Shown in pieces: positions 37,437-45,889 of a DNA stretch of 64,000 nt. The position numbers were made by a program, and so were the translations under genes. Under the pieces are notes generated by a model. That model was not told the origin of the DNA. It saw only the letters and a program-made list of their open reading frames with translations, and did not search any database. Source of the stretch: Candidatus Enterousia sp. (lineage in GTDB: Bacteria; Pseudomonadota; Alphaproteobacteria; Rs-D84); contig JAZOTB010000002.1 of the NCBI GenBank assembly GCA_045657405.1, forward strand, positions 32,523 to 96,522, read 5' to 3'. The number at the start of each line of letters is the position of its first letter. The first letter of the stretch is position 1.

Positions 37437-40400
37437 ATGACATACCCAAAAACAGACTTGCGCGCGGATTTTCCAACACTAGAACAACAAGTGTTACAAT
37501 ATTGGCGTGAAAACAATACCTTTGATAAAACACTACAAAAAACAAAGCAAGGTCATCCTTTTAATTTCTTTGATGGACCTCCATTTGCAAACGGTATTCC
37601 GCATTGGGGGCATTTGGGTGTAACGGTTGTAAAAGATATGGTGTCGCGCTTTCAAACAATGAACGGTAGATATGTAAACCGTGAACTTGGTTGGGACTGT
37701 CATGGCTTACCCGCAGAAAATTCCGTTGAAAAGAAAGTAGGTAAATCTGCAAAAAACATCGTTGCAGACGATGGCATAGAAGCGTTTTGTAACATGTGCA
37801 AAACAGATGTTATGACATATACAAACGAATGGGATAAATTTATTGAACGTATGGGTCGCTGGGTGAAAATCGGTAACGAATACGGCTATAAAACCATGAA
37901 TAAAAATTATATGGAATCTGTAATGTGGACATTAAAGACATTACATGATAAAGGGCTGTTATACAAAGATTACAGCGTTAATCCATACGATTGGGTCAAT
38001 GGTACTGTTATCTCTAATTCCGAAGCATCCAGTGATTATCGTGAAATAGTTGATGATGCTGTGACTGTTTGGTTTGAATTAGAAAACGGCGACCGTGTTA
38101 TCGCATGGACAACAACACCATGGACATTACCTGCTAACTCTGCTTTGGCAGTGAATCCAAACATGGAATATCTGCGTATGCAAGATATAGATAAAAATGT
38201 TTACGTTGTTGCAAAAAGCAGACTGACTGCATACGAAAAACAATTTGCAAACGCAACAGAAATTGAATGTATCAAGGGTTCGGATTTGGTCGGCAAACAC
38301 TATACACCACTGTTCCCATATTACACAGGACAATCTGATTTATTATTCCAAGTTATACCTGCAGATTATGTATCAGATAGCGATGGTACAGGTATTGTTC
38401 ATATTGCGCCTGCGTACGGTGCCGAAGACTTTTGGGCCGCTAAAAATCTTGATGCAAAATTCCCAGTTTTATTAAATGTTGATGACTATGGAAATTTTGA
38501 TGAAACAGTTGTTGATTTTGCAGGCGAAAACATATTTGTTGCAACACCACGTATTATGGATTGGTTAAAACAAAATGGCAAATTGGTAAAAAAAGAACAA
38601 TATAAACATAGTTATCCTTTTGGTGATCGCAGTAAAGAAAAACTGATTCAGCGCGCAACAGATTCTTGGTATATTGACGTACCAAAAATCAAAGATAAAT
38701 TATTAGCAAATAACGCGACTGTAAATTGGACCAGCGCAGGCGAACGTTTTCGCACATGGATAGAAGGCGCACGCCCTTGGTCAATATCACGCAATCGTTT
38801 CTGGGGTATGCCACTGCCAATTTGGGAAAAAGATGGCGAATTCAAAATATTTGGCTCAATCGCAGAACTGGAAGAATTCTTTGGTGTACCTGTCACAGAT
38901 TTGCATCGCCCAACATTAGATAAATTAACACGTGATGGATGGAAACGTATTCCTGATGTCTTGGACTGTTGGGTAGAAAGCGGTTCTATGCCATGGGCAT
39001 CGTTACATTATCCGTTTGAAAACCAGGATAAGTTTAATACAACTTTCCCTGCGGATTATATTATTGAAGGACAAGACCAAACACGTGGTTGGTTTTATGC
39101 ATTAATGGTACTGGCAACGGCATTGTTTGATAAACCTGCCTTTAAGGCGGTATCTGCAAATGGCATGGTTGTTGATGAAAACAAAAAGAAATATTCTAAA
39201 TCATCAAAGAACTATGTTGACCCAGAACAACAAATTGAACAATATGGCGCAGATGCGGTACGTTTATTCATACTAGGCTCAAACTTTATGAAGGCAGAAC
39301 CTGTATTAATTGATAACGAAGGTAAAGTATTTACAGAAGCGTCAAAAACAATTCAAACACCACTGTGGAATGCGTATCATTTCTTTACACTATATGCAAA
39401 CGCAGGCAATATTGTTGCAAAATATATGACAAATCCAGAAAAACCAATGGATAAATATATATTGGCAGAATTGAATTTGTTAATAGAAAGTGTTACAAAT
39501 TCTTTGTCTGAATATAAACCAGATGCAGCAATCAAAGATATTATCAAATTCTTGGATATATTGAACAACTGGTATATCAGACGTTGTCGTGCACGCATCT
39601 GGAACGAAGAACAAGATGCATTTGATACATTATATACCGTACTGGCTACATTATGTCGTGTATTGTCACCATTCGCACCATTTGTTTCAGAATACATATA
39701 TCGTAATTTAACAAATGAAGAATCTGTTCATTTAACAGATTGGCCAACAGCAGATAAATTTGATAAAAAAATTATTGACGATATGCGTCGCGTACAATCA
39801 ATCGTATCTGTTGGTAATCAACTGCGCGAACAGTATAAATTACGAAATCGTTTGCCATTAAATTCATTAACTATCGCTGGTGTAAACATGCCTGACTATG
39901 CAGATATAATCAAAGACGAACTGAATGTAAAATCAGTTAAATTTGACAACAATATCGCAAGTGTTGCAGATAGTTTTATTTATCTAATTACACCAAAAAT
40001 CGGTGCACGTTTAGGCGGTGCATTAAAGGACATAATTCCATCTGTTAAACGTGGCGAATACAAAATCGTTGGTGATAAATTATTGGCCGCAGGATATGAA
40101 TTAAATGCAGATGAATTTGAAAATCGTTTAACTATCAAAAATGATGTTTCTGGCGCAGCATTACCAGACAACACAGCTGTTGTTGTATTGGATACAGAAT
40201 TAAATGCAGATTTAATTGCAGAAGGCTTAGCAAACGACGCTTTGCGATTTATCCAAAACACACGCAAAACAGCAGGTCTAGATGTTTCTGATCGTATTAT
40301 CCTGACATATAATGCGGATCCTGCAGTCGCAACAGCAATTGAACAATACAAAAAACACATTATGCACGAAGCACTGATTGTTGATATGCAAATCGGTGAT

Positions 40401-40460
40401 GGCGAATATAGCACTGAATTTGAAGGATATAATCTGGCTGTATCTGTCAAAAAAGCATAA
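37437..40460 (+). CDS. ileS: isoleucyl-tRNA synthetase, type 2 (eukaryote-like) form
   Basis: 1007 aa. FNFFDGPPFANGIPHWGHLG (type-2 style HIGH region); KYSKS (KMSKS variant); editing domain; C-terminus lacks the CxxC zinc cluster of type-1 IleRS. GGAG SD at 37423..37426. Confidence 0.95.
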   Translation: MTYPKTDLRADFPTLEQQVLQYWRENNTFDKTLQKTKQGHPFNFFDGPPFANGIPHWGHLGVTVVKDMVSRFQTMNGRYVNRELGWDCHGLPAENSVEKKVGKSAKNIVADDGIEAFCNMCKTDVMTYTNEWDKFIERMGRWVKIGNEYGYKTMNKNYMESVMWTLKTLHDKGLLYKDYSVNPYDWVNGTVISNSEASSDYREIVDDAVTVWFELENGDRVIAWTTTPWTLPANSALAVNPNMEYLRMQDIDKNVYVVAKSRLTAYEKQFANATEIECIKGSDLVGKHYTPLFPYYTGQSDLLFQVIPADYVSDSDGTGIVHIAPAYGAEDFWAAKNLDAKFPVLLNVDDYGNFDETVVDFAGENIFVATPRIMDWLKQNGKLVKKEQYKHSYPFGDRSKEKLIQRATDSWYIDVPKIKDKLLANNATVNWTSAGERFRTWIEGARPWSISRNRFWGMPLPIWEKDGEFKIFGSIAELEEFFGVPVTDLHRPTLDKLTRDGWKRIPDVLDCWVESGSMPWASLHYPFENQDKFNTTFPADYIIEGQDQTRGWFYALMVLATALFDKPAFKAVSANGMVVDENKKKYSKSSKNYVDPEQQIEQYGADAVRLFILGSNFMKAEPVLIDNEGKVFTEASKTIQTPLWNAYHFFTLYANAGNIVAKYMTNPEKPMDKYILAELNLLIESVTNSLSEYKPDAAIKDIIKFLDILNNWYIRRCRARIWNEEQDAFDTLYTVLATLCRVLSPFAPFVSEYIYRNLTNEESVHLTDWPTADKFDKKIIDDMRRVQSIVSVGNQLREQYKLRNRLPLNSLTIAGVNMPDYADIIKDELNVKSVKFDNNIASVADSFIYLITPKIGARLGGALKDIIPSVKRGEYKIVGDKLLAAGYELNADEFENRLTIKNDVSGAALPDNTAVVVLDTELNADLIAEGLANDALRFIQNTRKTAGLDVSDRIILTYNADPAVATAIEQYKKHIMHEALIVDMQIGDGEYSTEFEGYNLAVSVKKA

Positions 40461-40478
40461 TAAAAAAGGGCGTATAAA

Positions 40479-40619
40479 ATGGTATGCACGAACAATATTT
40501 GTCCGTTAAATAAAAATACAAAATGTACAAACGAAATGACATATTGTATTGCACGTAATTTATATACTGTGCAACAACAAATACGCGCATACCATTTATA
40601 TACAATAAACCAAAGGTAG
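40479..40619 (+). CDS. hypothetical small Cys-rich protein (46 aa)
   Basis: Hand-translated: MVCTNNICPLNKNTKCTNEMTYCIARNLYTVQQQIRAYHLYTINQR. AAGGG SD. Begins 18 nt after the ileS stop. Below the ORF-track size cutoff. Confidence 0.35.
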   Translation: MVCTNNICPLNKNTKCTNEMTYCIARNLYTVQQQIRAYHLYTINQR

Positions 40620-40623
40620 TAAC

Positions 40624-41064
40624 ATGAAAAATTACTGTGGTAACATTCAAAAAAACTGTCCGAACAAAACACAAGACGGTGTTTGCAAAGTAGATGGTTA
40701 TCTACCAGAAACATGTACAACTTGTAAATTCCTTGTTGAAACAGATTTTCCAGAAATAGGCTTTCTGATAAAATACGCATACAATATTTATAATGGCACT
40801 AAAAGTGTAATAAATATTTCAAATGGTATTTACGGAACATGGCCTGAAAATTTATATTGTGAACAGATTGAAAAATTCTGTCCGCATCAAACATTGGGTG
40901 GAAAATGTAACAGACGCGAATGTCTGATATACGACCAAAGTTGCCATAGTCAAATAGATTTTAGTAAAGATATTGAACTGATTACACGATTGTTGCAACG
41001 TATTCATATAAAAATAGAAAATCAACAAAAACAAATACAAGAACTGCAACAAAAACTGAAATAA
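40624..41064 (+). CDS. hypothetical Cys-rich protein (146 aa) with two copies of a YC-x6-CP-x7-C motif and a C-terminal coiled coil
   Basis: YCGNIQKNCPNKTQDGVC... and YCEQIEKFCPHQTLGGKC...; C-terminal QKQIQELQQKLK. AAAGG SD. 4-nt gap after the previous small ORF. Confidence 0.5.
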   Translation: MKNYCGNIQKNCPNKTQDGVCKVDGYLPETCTTCKFLVETDFPEIGFLIKYAYNIYNGTKSVINISNGIYGTWPENLYCEQIEKFCPHQTLGGKCNRRECLIYDQSCHSQIDFSKDIELITRLLQRIHIKIENQQKQIQELQQKLK

Positions 41065-41074
41065 AGGATAAAAA

Positions 41075-41194
41075 ATGGCAAAGTATTGCAGAACTTTTTC
41101 ATATAAATGCAGTTATTGTTCTCGTACAGGTGAATGTAATGGCCACGGTATCTGTCGCGACAGTTTTGAAATTAATCCAACACCAGAACAATAA
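41075..41194 (+). CDS. hypothetical small Cys-rich protein (39 aa)
   Basis: Hand-translated: MAKYCRTFSYKCSYCSRTGECNGHGICRDSFEINPTPEQ. AAGGA SD 7 nt upstream. Confidence 0.35.
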   Translation: MAKYCRTFSYKCSYCSRTGECNGHGICRDSFEINPTPEQ

Positions 41195-41283
41195 ATGCTG
41201 ATATTTCATTTTTTATAACAGAAAAAACAAAACGATATGATTATATATCAACTTAGAAAATTAAATAAAGGGATCTAAAACAA

Positions 41284-41931
41284 ATGACACCACAGCAATA
41301 TTTTGATTTGGTTATTCCGACTGTTGATATGTCTATACGGTCAGAATTGTATCACACAAACGAATTTAATTTTGCTGTGGCGGTTATTTTATCTGCCCAG
41401 GCAACCGATAAAAAAGTAAACGAAGTTACACCTGAATTATTTCGCGTTGCGCCAACACCACAAAAAATGCTGGAACTGGGGATTGATGGGTTAAAAGAAC
41501 ATATTCGCGTTATATCTTTCTTTAATAACAAGGCGAAAAACATTATTGCATTGGCGCAAAAATTAGCAGACGAAAATATATCAGATACTTTTTCAGAAAA
41601 ATATCATAATCGCGATACATTAATGACACTTCCTGGAATTGGACAAAAGACAGCAAATGTTGTTTGTAATGTATTGTGGGGTGCGCCAAACATTGGCGTT
41701 GATACACATGTTTTTCGTAATGCACACAGATACGGATGGGTTAAGGAGTCAGATAACACACCTGAAAAAGTAGAAGAAAAGTTATTAAAAACAATCCCAA
41801 AAAAATATCATGCTGTTGTAAATCATGTTATGGTTTTACATGGACGATATGTATGCAGTGCACAACGTCCAAAATGCGAAAACTGTCCTGTGGCGCACAT
41901 TTGCCCACACACAGGAAAACGTACCAATTGA
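41284..41931 (+). CDS. nth: endonuclease III
   Basis: HhH-GPD motif LPGIGQKTANVV...GVDTHV and the C-terminal 4Fe-4S cluster C-x6-C-x2-C-x5-C (CSAQRPKCENCPVAHIC). Confidence 0.9.
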   Translation: MTPQQYFDLVIPTVDMSIRSELYHTNEFNFAVAVILSAQATDKKVNEVTPELFRVAPTPQKMLELGIDGLKEHIRVISFFNNKAKNIIALAQKLADENISDTFSEKYHNRDTLMTLPGIGQKTANVVCNVLWGAPNIGVDTHVFRNAHRYGWVKESDNTPEKVEEKLLKTIPKKYHAVVNHVMVLHGRYVCSAQRPKCENCPVAHICPHTGKRTN

Positions 41932-42040
41932 AAGATTATATAAAATTATATAATATGTATATCACAGACACTGCATGACAAGAAAAGGACTTTCTACAAG
42001 ACCCGAACCCACATCCCTAGGTGCAATGTTTGTTCATAAA

Positions 42041-42066
42041 GAAAGCCGGCAAACACCGGCTTTTTC
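42041..42066. terminator. bidirectional intrinsic terminator
   Basis: GCCGG-caaaca-CCGGC with AAA upstream and T5 downstream. Confidence 0.65.
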
Positions 42067-42479
42067 TATTTTTGTATTTGATATATTTCTGGAAATAAAA
42101 TCTGACCAATTGTTCCACAAATATTTTTATCTTTGCACAGGCCGCACTGTATGTTTTTTGCACAAAGAGAAGAATTATCGCGACTATTTTTTACATTTCT
42201 TTTATTACAACATTTCATCTTTTTTAAACGAATATCTATTGATAATTCACTTTGTATTGGACTTTGTAATTTCATGTCATTATGTAACCAACACTGTGTA
42301 TTATATGAAATAATAATATCGTCTGCACAAGATTGCTTATCTGCTTTTCTTTCTGACAAGGCACTAACCAACTCTAATGCCTTTTCTTTGGCAATATCAT
42401 CACACAATTGTATTTTACCCAGATGAAAGGAAAAATCAGCCTCCATAAAAACCCTTGTGTTTTTTTCTTTGTTATTCAT
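42066..42479 (-). CDS. hypothetical protein (137 aa) with Cys-rich C-terminus
   Basis: AAGAGG SD 6 nt upstream. The C-terminal LCAKNIQCGLCKDKNICGTIGQILFPE resembles the motif of the 40624..41064 protein (YCGNIQKNCPNK...GYLPE). Confidence 0.45.
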   Translation of the reverse strand: MNNKEKNTRVFMEADFSFHLGKIQLCDDIAKEKALELVSALSERKADKQSCADDIIISYNTQCWLHNDMKLQSPIQSELSIDIRLKKMKCCNKRNVKNSRDNSSLCAKNIQCGLCKDKNICGTIGQILFPEIYQIQK

Positions 42480-42551
42480 GATACGCCTCTTTATTATTTT
42501 TGTATAAAAATTATAGTAAATTTGCGATATATGTCAAACTTATATATTTAT

Positions 42552-42580
42552 TTGCGATTGGAGATTTTAGGGACTATAAT
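42552..42580 (+). promoter_or_regulatory. sigma-70-type promoter TTGCGA-17-TATAAT for fabD
   Basis: -35 at 42552..42557, -10 at 42575..42580, about 28 nt before the fabD ATG. Confidence 0.5.
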
Positions 42581-42608
42581 ATAATTAGCAATAAAAAAAA
42601 GGTTATAT

Positions 42609-43484
42609 ATGTCATCTATATTTGTATTCCCAGGTCAAGGTGCGCAAAGCGTTGGCATGGGCAAAGAATTATACGATAATAACGCAGATGCACGTGCAGT
42701 ATTTGATGAAGTTGATGCAGCACTGGGTGAAAAATTATCAGATATTATTTTCAATGGCCCAATGGAAGAATTGACACTGACTGCGAATGTTCAGCCAGCA
42801 ATTATGGCTACATCAATCGCAATGTTACGCGCCAGTGGTGTACAATTACCAGAATATGTCGCTGGACATAGTCTTGGTGAATATACCGCTTTATGCGCAG
42901 CGGGCGCATTATCTGTTGGCGATACCGCAAAACTGTTGCGTACACGTGGCAATGCAATGCAAAGCGCAGTACCTGTTGGCCATGGTTTGACCGCTGTTAT
43001 TTTGGGAATGGAAATTGATGCATTGCGTAAAATTTGTGATGATGCAGGCTGTGATGTTGCAAATGATAACAGTGCAGGTCAGGTTGTAATTTCTGGTGCC
43101 AAAGATGCTGTAGAAACTGCAATGACAATGGCCAAAGAACAAGGGGCAAAACGTGCAATGCCTTTGGCACTGTCTGTACCTGTACATTGTCGTATCCAAC
43201 AACCGGCGGCAGATGCGATGATGATCGCACTAGAAAATGTTGAAATAAACAAACCATCCGTACCATTGATTTCAAACAAAACATGCCAGCCTTTGATAGA
43301 TGTTAAGGAAATCAAAGATGCGCTTGTTTATCAAATGACGCATAGTGTTCGCTGGCGCGAAAGTGTTTTGAATATGGCAGAATTAGGGATTACAGATATG
43401 ATAGAAATTGGCCCAGGTTCTGTTTTAACGGGTCTATGTTCACGTATTACAGATAAAATAACCGCTAAGAAATTGGAGATATAA
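42609..43484 (+). CDS. fabD: malonyl CoA-ACP transacylase
   Basis: FPGQGAQ..GMG; active-site GHSLGEY; 291 aa. Confidence 0.9.
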   Translation: MSSIFVFPGQGAQSVGMGKELYDNNADARAVFDEVDAALGEKLSDIIFNGPMEELTLTANVQPAIMATSIAMLRASGVQLPEYVAGHSLGEYTALCAAGALSVGDTAKLLRTRGNAMQSAVPVGHGLTAVILGMEIDALRKICDDAGCDVANDNSAGQVVISGAKDAVETAMTMAKEQGAKRAMPLALSVPVHCRIQQPAADAMMIALENVEINKPSVPLISNKTCQPLIDVKEIKDALVYQMTHSVRWRESVLNMAELGITDMIEIGPGSVLTGLCSRITDKITAKKLEI

Positions 43485-43485
43485 T

Positions 43486-44214
43486 ATGTTTGATTTAACA
43501 GGACGTGTTGCATTAATCACAGGAGCCACAGGTGGTATCGGTTTACAAATTGCAAAAAAAATGAAACAAGCTGGTGCAACTGTTGTTGTTTCTGGTCGTA
43601 ATATCGCAAAAATGAACGCAGAATTTGATGATGAATACATCAAAATACCTTGCGATTTAGCAACTGGTGGTGGTGCAGAAGAACTGATTATGGAAACAAT
43701 TGAAAAAACCGGCAAGATTGATGTACTAATCAACAACGCAGGTATTACCAAAGACACATTATTAATGCGTATGAGTGACGAACAATTTGAAGATGTTATC
43801 AATACTAATTTGCGTTCTTGTTTCAAAATGTGTCGTGCTGCAATTATGCCTATGATGAAAAACAGATATGGTCGTATTATCAATATGGCATCTATTATCG
43901 GTGTTATCGGCGGTGCAGGTCAGGCAAACTATGCCGCAAGTAAGGGTGGTATGATTGCAATGACTAAATCAATCGCAGCCGAAGTTGCATCACGTGGGAT
44001 AACTGCAAATGCAATCGCACCAGGCTTTATAAAAACACCTATGACAGATGTTTTGCCAGAAGAATTAAAGAAAACTTATTTATCACAAATCCCAGCAGGA
44101 AGATTTGGAGAACCAAAAGATATTGCAAACGCATGTGTTTTCTTGGCCAGTGAAGAGGCATCATATATAAACGGTCAGGTTTTACATATTAACGGTGGTA
44201 TGGGTCGTTTTTAA
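43486..44214 (+). CDS. fabG: 3-oxoacyl-ACP reductase
   Basis: TGATGGIG; NNAGIT; Y..SK catalytic motif (YAASKGG); PGFI.T.M. Confidence 0.9.
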   Translation: MFDLTGRVALITGATGGIGLQIAKKMKQAGATVVVSGRNIAKMNAEFDDEYIKIPCDLATGGGAEELIMETIEKTGKIDVLINNAGITKDTLLMRMSDEQFEDVINTNLRSCFKMCRAAIMPMMKNRYGRIINMASIIGVIGGAGQANYAASKGGMIAMTKSIAAEVASRGITANAIAPGFIKTPMTDVLPEELKKTYLSQIPAGRFGEPKDIANACVFLASEEASYINGQVLHINGGMGRF

Positions 44215-45860
44215 TGCAAAAATTTGATGTTATTGTTATCGGTGGTGGACACGCAGGGGTAGAAGCAGCATCTGCATCTGCACGTCGTGGCGCAAACACT
44301 TTATTATTAACACAAACCATATCTGATTTAGGTGCATTATCTTGTAACCCTAGTATTGGGGGACCTGGTAAATCACAAATGGTTGCAGAAATAACCGCAC
44401 TTGGTGGTGTAATGGGACGCGCTGCAGACAAATCTGGCATTCACTGGCGTACATTAAATGCAACACACGGTGCGGCAACACAGGCTTTACGCGCGCAGAT
44501 TGACCGTGATTTGTATCATAATACAATTGTTGATATTTTATCTGAACAAAAAAATTTGACTGTTATATATGAACCTGTAACAGATTTGGATATAAAAAAT
44601 AAAACTGTAAATAATAAATATTCTGCAAAATCAATTGTTCTGACAACTGGTACTTTTTTGCAAGGCGTTGTAACACGTGGAACAGAAAAAATATCGTCTG
44701 GTCGTCTGCAAGATGATGGTACTTATCAAAATGCAGATAAAAATATTTCAAGTATTTTATCTGAAAATGGTTTCAAAATTTTACGTCTTAAAACAGGTAC
44801 GCCTGCACGAATAAAAAAAGATTCTATTGATTTTTCTGTTTGCGAGATTCAACCTGGTGATAACCCACACGATTGGTTTGCAGATGGTGATAAAAATAAT
44901 AATTATGACAGCGTTTGTTTTATCACACACACGACAGAAAACACACATAATGTTATTCGTGAAAATATAAAAAATGCACCAATGTATAACGGTGATATTG
45001 TTGGTACTGGTCCACGTTATTGCCCAAGTTTAGAAGATAAAGTTATGCGTTTTCCAGAACACACTTCACATCATGTGTTCTTGGAACCCGAAGGTTATAA
45101 CAGCGATTTAATTTATCCAAATGGAATATCTACTAGTTTTGGCAAAGCAGAACAAGATAAATGGATTCGTACAATTCCAGGACTTGAAAACGCACAAATT
45201 GAAAGATATGGATACGCAATTGAATATGATGCAATTGATGCGCGTGCACTGAACGATAAATTACAATCCAAAGATATTCCACACATGTTCTTTGCAGGAC
45301 AAATAAATGGTACATCTGGATACGAAGAAGCGGCCGCCCAAGGTTTGGTCGCGGGCAGCAATGCCGCAGCATATGCATTAGATAAAGAACCATTAATTTT
45401 AGACAGAACAAACGCAATGATTGGCGTATTAATTGATGATATAACAACACTTGGGGTTGATGAACCATACCGTATGTTTACATCACGTTCTGAATATAGA
45501 TTATCATTGCGTTGCGATAACGCAATTGCACGCCTTGGTAAAATTGGTATTGATTTAGGATTAATAACAAATACATGGTATGAAAAAATATTCAACATCA
45601 AAAAAGATATTATTGCAGAAAATGATAAATTCTATGCAGGATACATTGCACGTAACGAACGTGAGATTGCTGCATATAAACGTGATGCAAATTTGAAAAT
45701 ACCAACAAATTTCAAATATGACAATTTACCAGGGTTAACAAACGAACTAATAGAAAAACTTAATTCAACACGTCCTGAAAACATTGCAGATTTATCACGT
45801 ATATCTGGCATGACTCCTGCGGGAATAATGGTTATTCTAAGAAAGATAAAAAACAATTAA
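44214..45860 (+). CDS. mnmG: tRNA uridine 5-carboxymethylaminomethyl modification enzyme MnmG (short, 548 aa)
   Basis: FDVIVIGGGHAGVEAA; SCNPSIGG; GPRYCPSLEDK; C-terminal ISG.TPA. The start overlaps the fabG stop (TAATG). Confidence 0.9.
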   Translation: MQKFDVIVIGGGHAGVEAASASARRGANTLLLTQTISDLGALSCNPSIGGPGKSQMVAEITALGGVMGRAADKSGIHWRTLNATHGAATQALRAQIDRDLYHNTIVDILSEQKNLTVIYEPVTDLDIKNKTVNNKYSAKSIVLTTGTFLQGVVTRGTEKISSGRLQDDGTYQNADKNISSILSENGFKILRLKTGTPARIKKDSIDFSVCEIQPGDNPHDWFADGDKNNNYDSVCFITHTTENTHNVIRENIKNAPMYNGDIVGTGPRYCPSLEDKVMRFPEHTSHHVFLEPEGYNSDLIYPNGISTSFGKAEQDKWIRTIPGLENAQIERYGYAIEYDAIDARALNDKLQSKDIPHMFFAGQINGTSGYEEAAAQGLVAGSNAAAYALDKEPLILDRTNAMIGVLIDDITTLGVDEPYRMFTSRSEYRLSLRCDNAIARLGKIGIDLGLITNTWYEKIFNIKKDIIAENDKFYAGYIARNEREIAAYKRDANLKIPTNFKYDNLPGLTNELIEKLNSTRPENIADLSRISGMTPAGIMVILRKIKNN

Positions 45861-45889
45861 AAAAACCGGCTTTTGCCGGTTTTTTTTAT
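45859..45889. terminator. bidirectional intrinsic terminator (ACCGGC-tttt-GCCGGT)
   Basis: A7, 6-bp stem, T8. Confidence 0.8.

Noticed and set aside
39980-40780. 266-aa ORF on the - strand overlapping the 3' end of ileS and the first Cys-rich small ORFs
   Set aside because: It is antisense to a very confidently called ileS. Its composition (Phe/Ile/Cys/Tyr-rich, no motifs) is what an AT-rich antisense frame produces. It has no SD or promoter context.
41990-42036. tRNA-like fragment (GGGTTCGGGTC on the - strand) between nth and the terminator
   Set aside because: I could not build a T-arm, an acceptor stem or any other cloverleaf element. It is probably a chance resemblance. A short sRNA cannot be excluded, but I have no support for one.
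45113-45601. 162-aa and 111-aa ORFs on the - strand inside mnmG
   Set aside because: Both are shadow ORFs antisense to a confidently identified MnmG.
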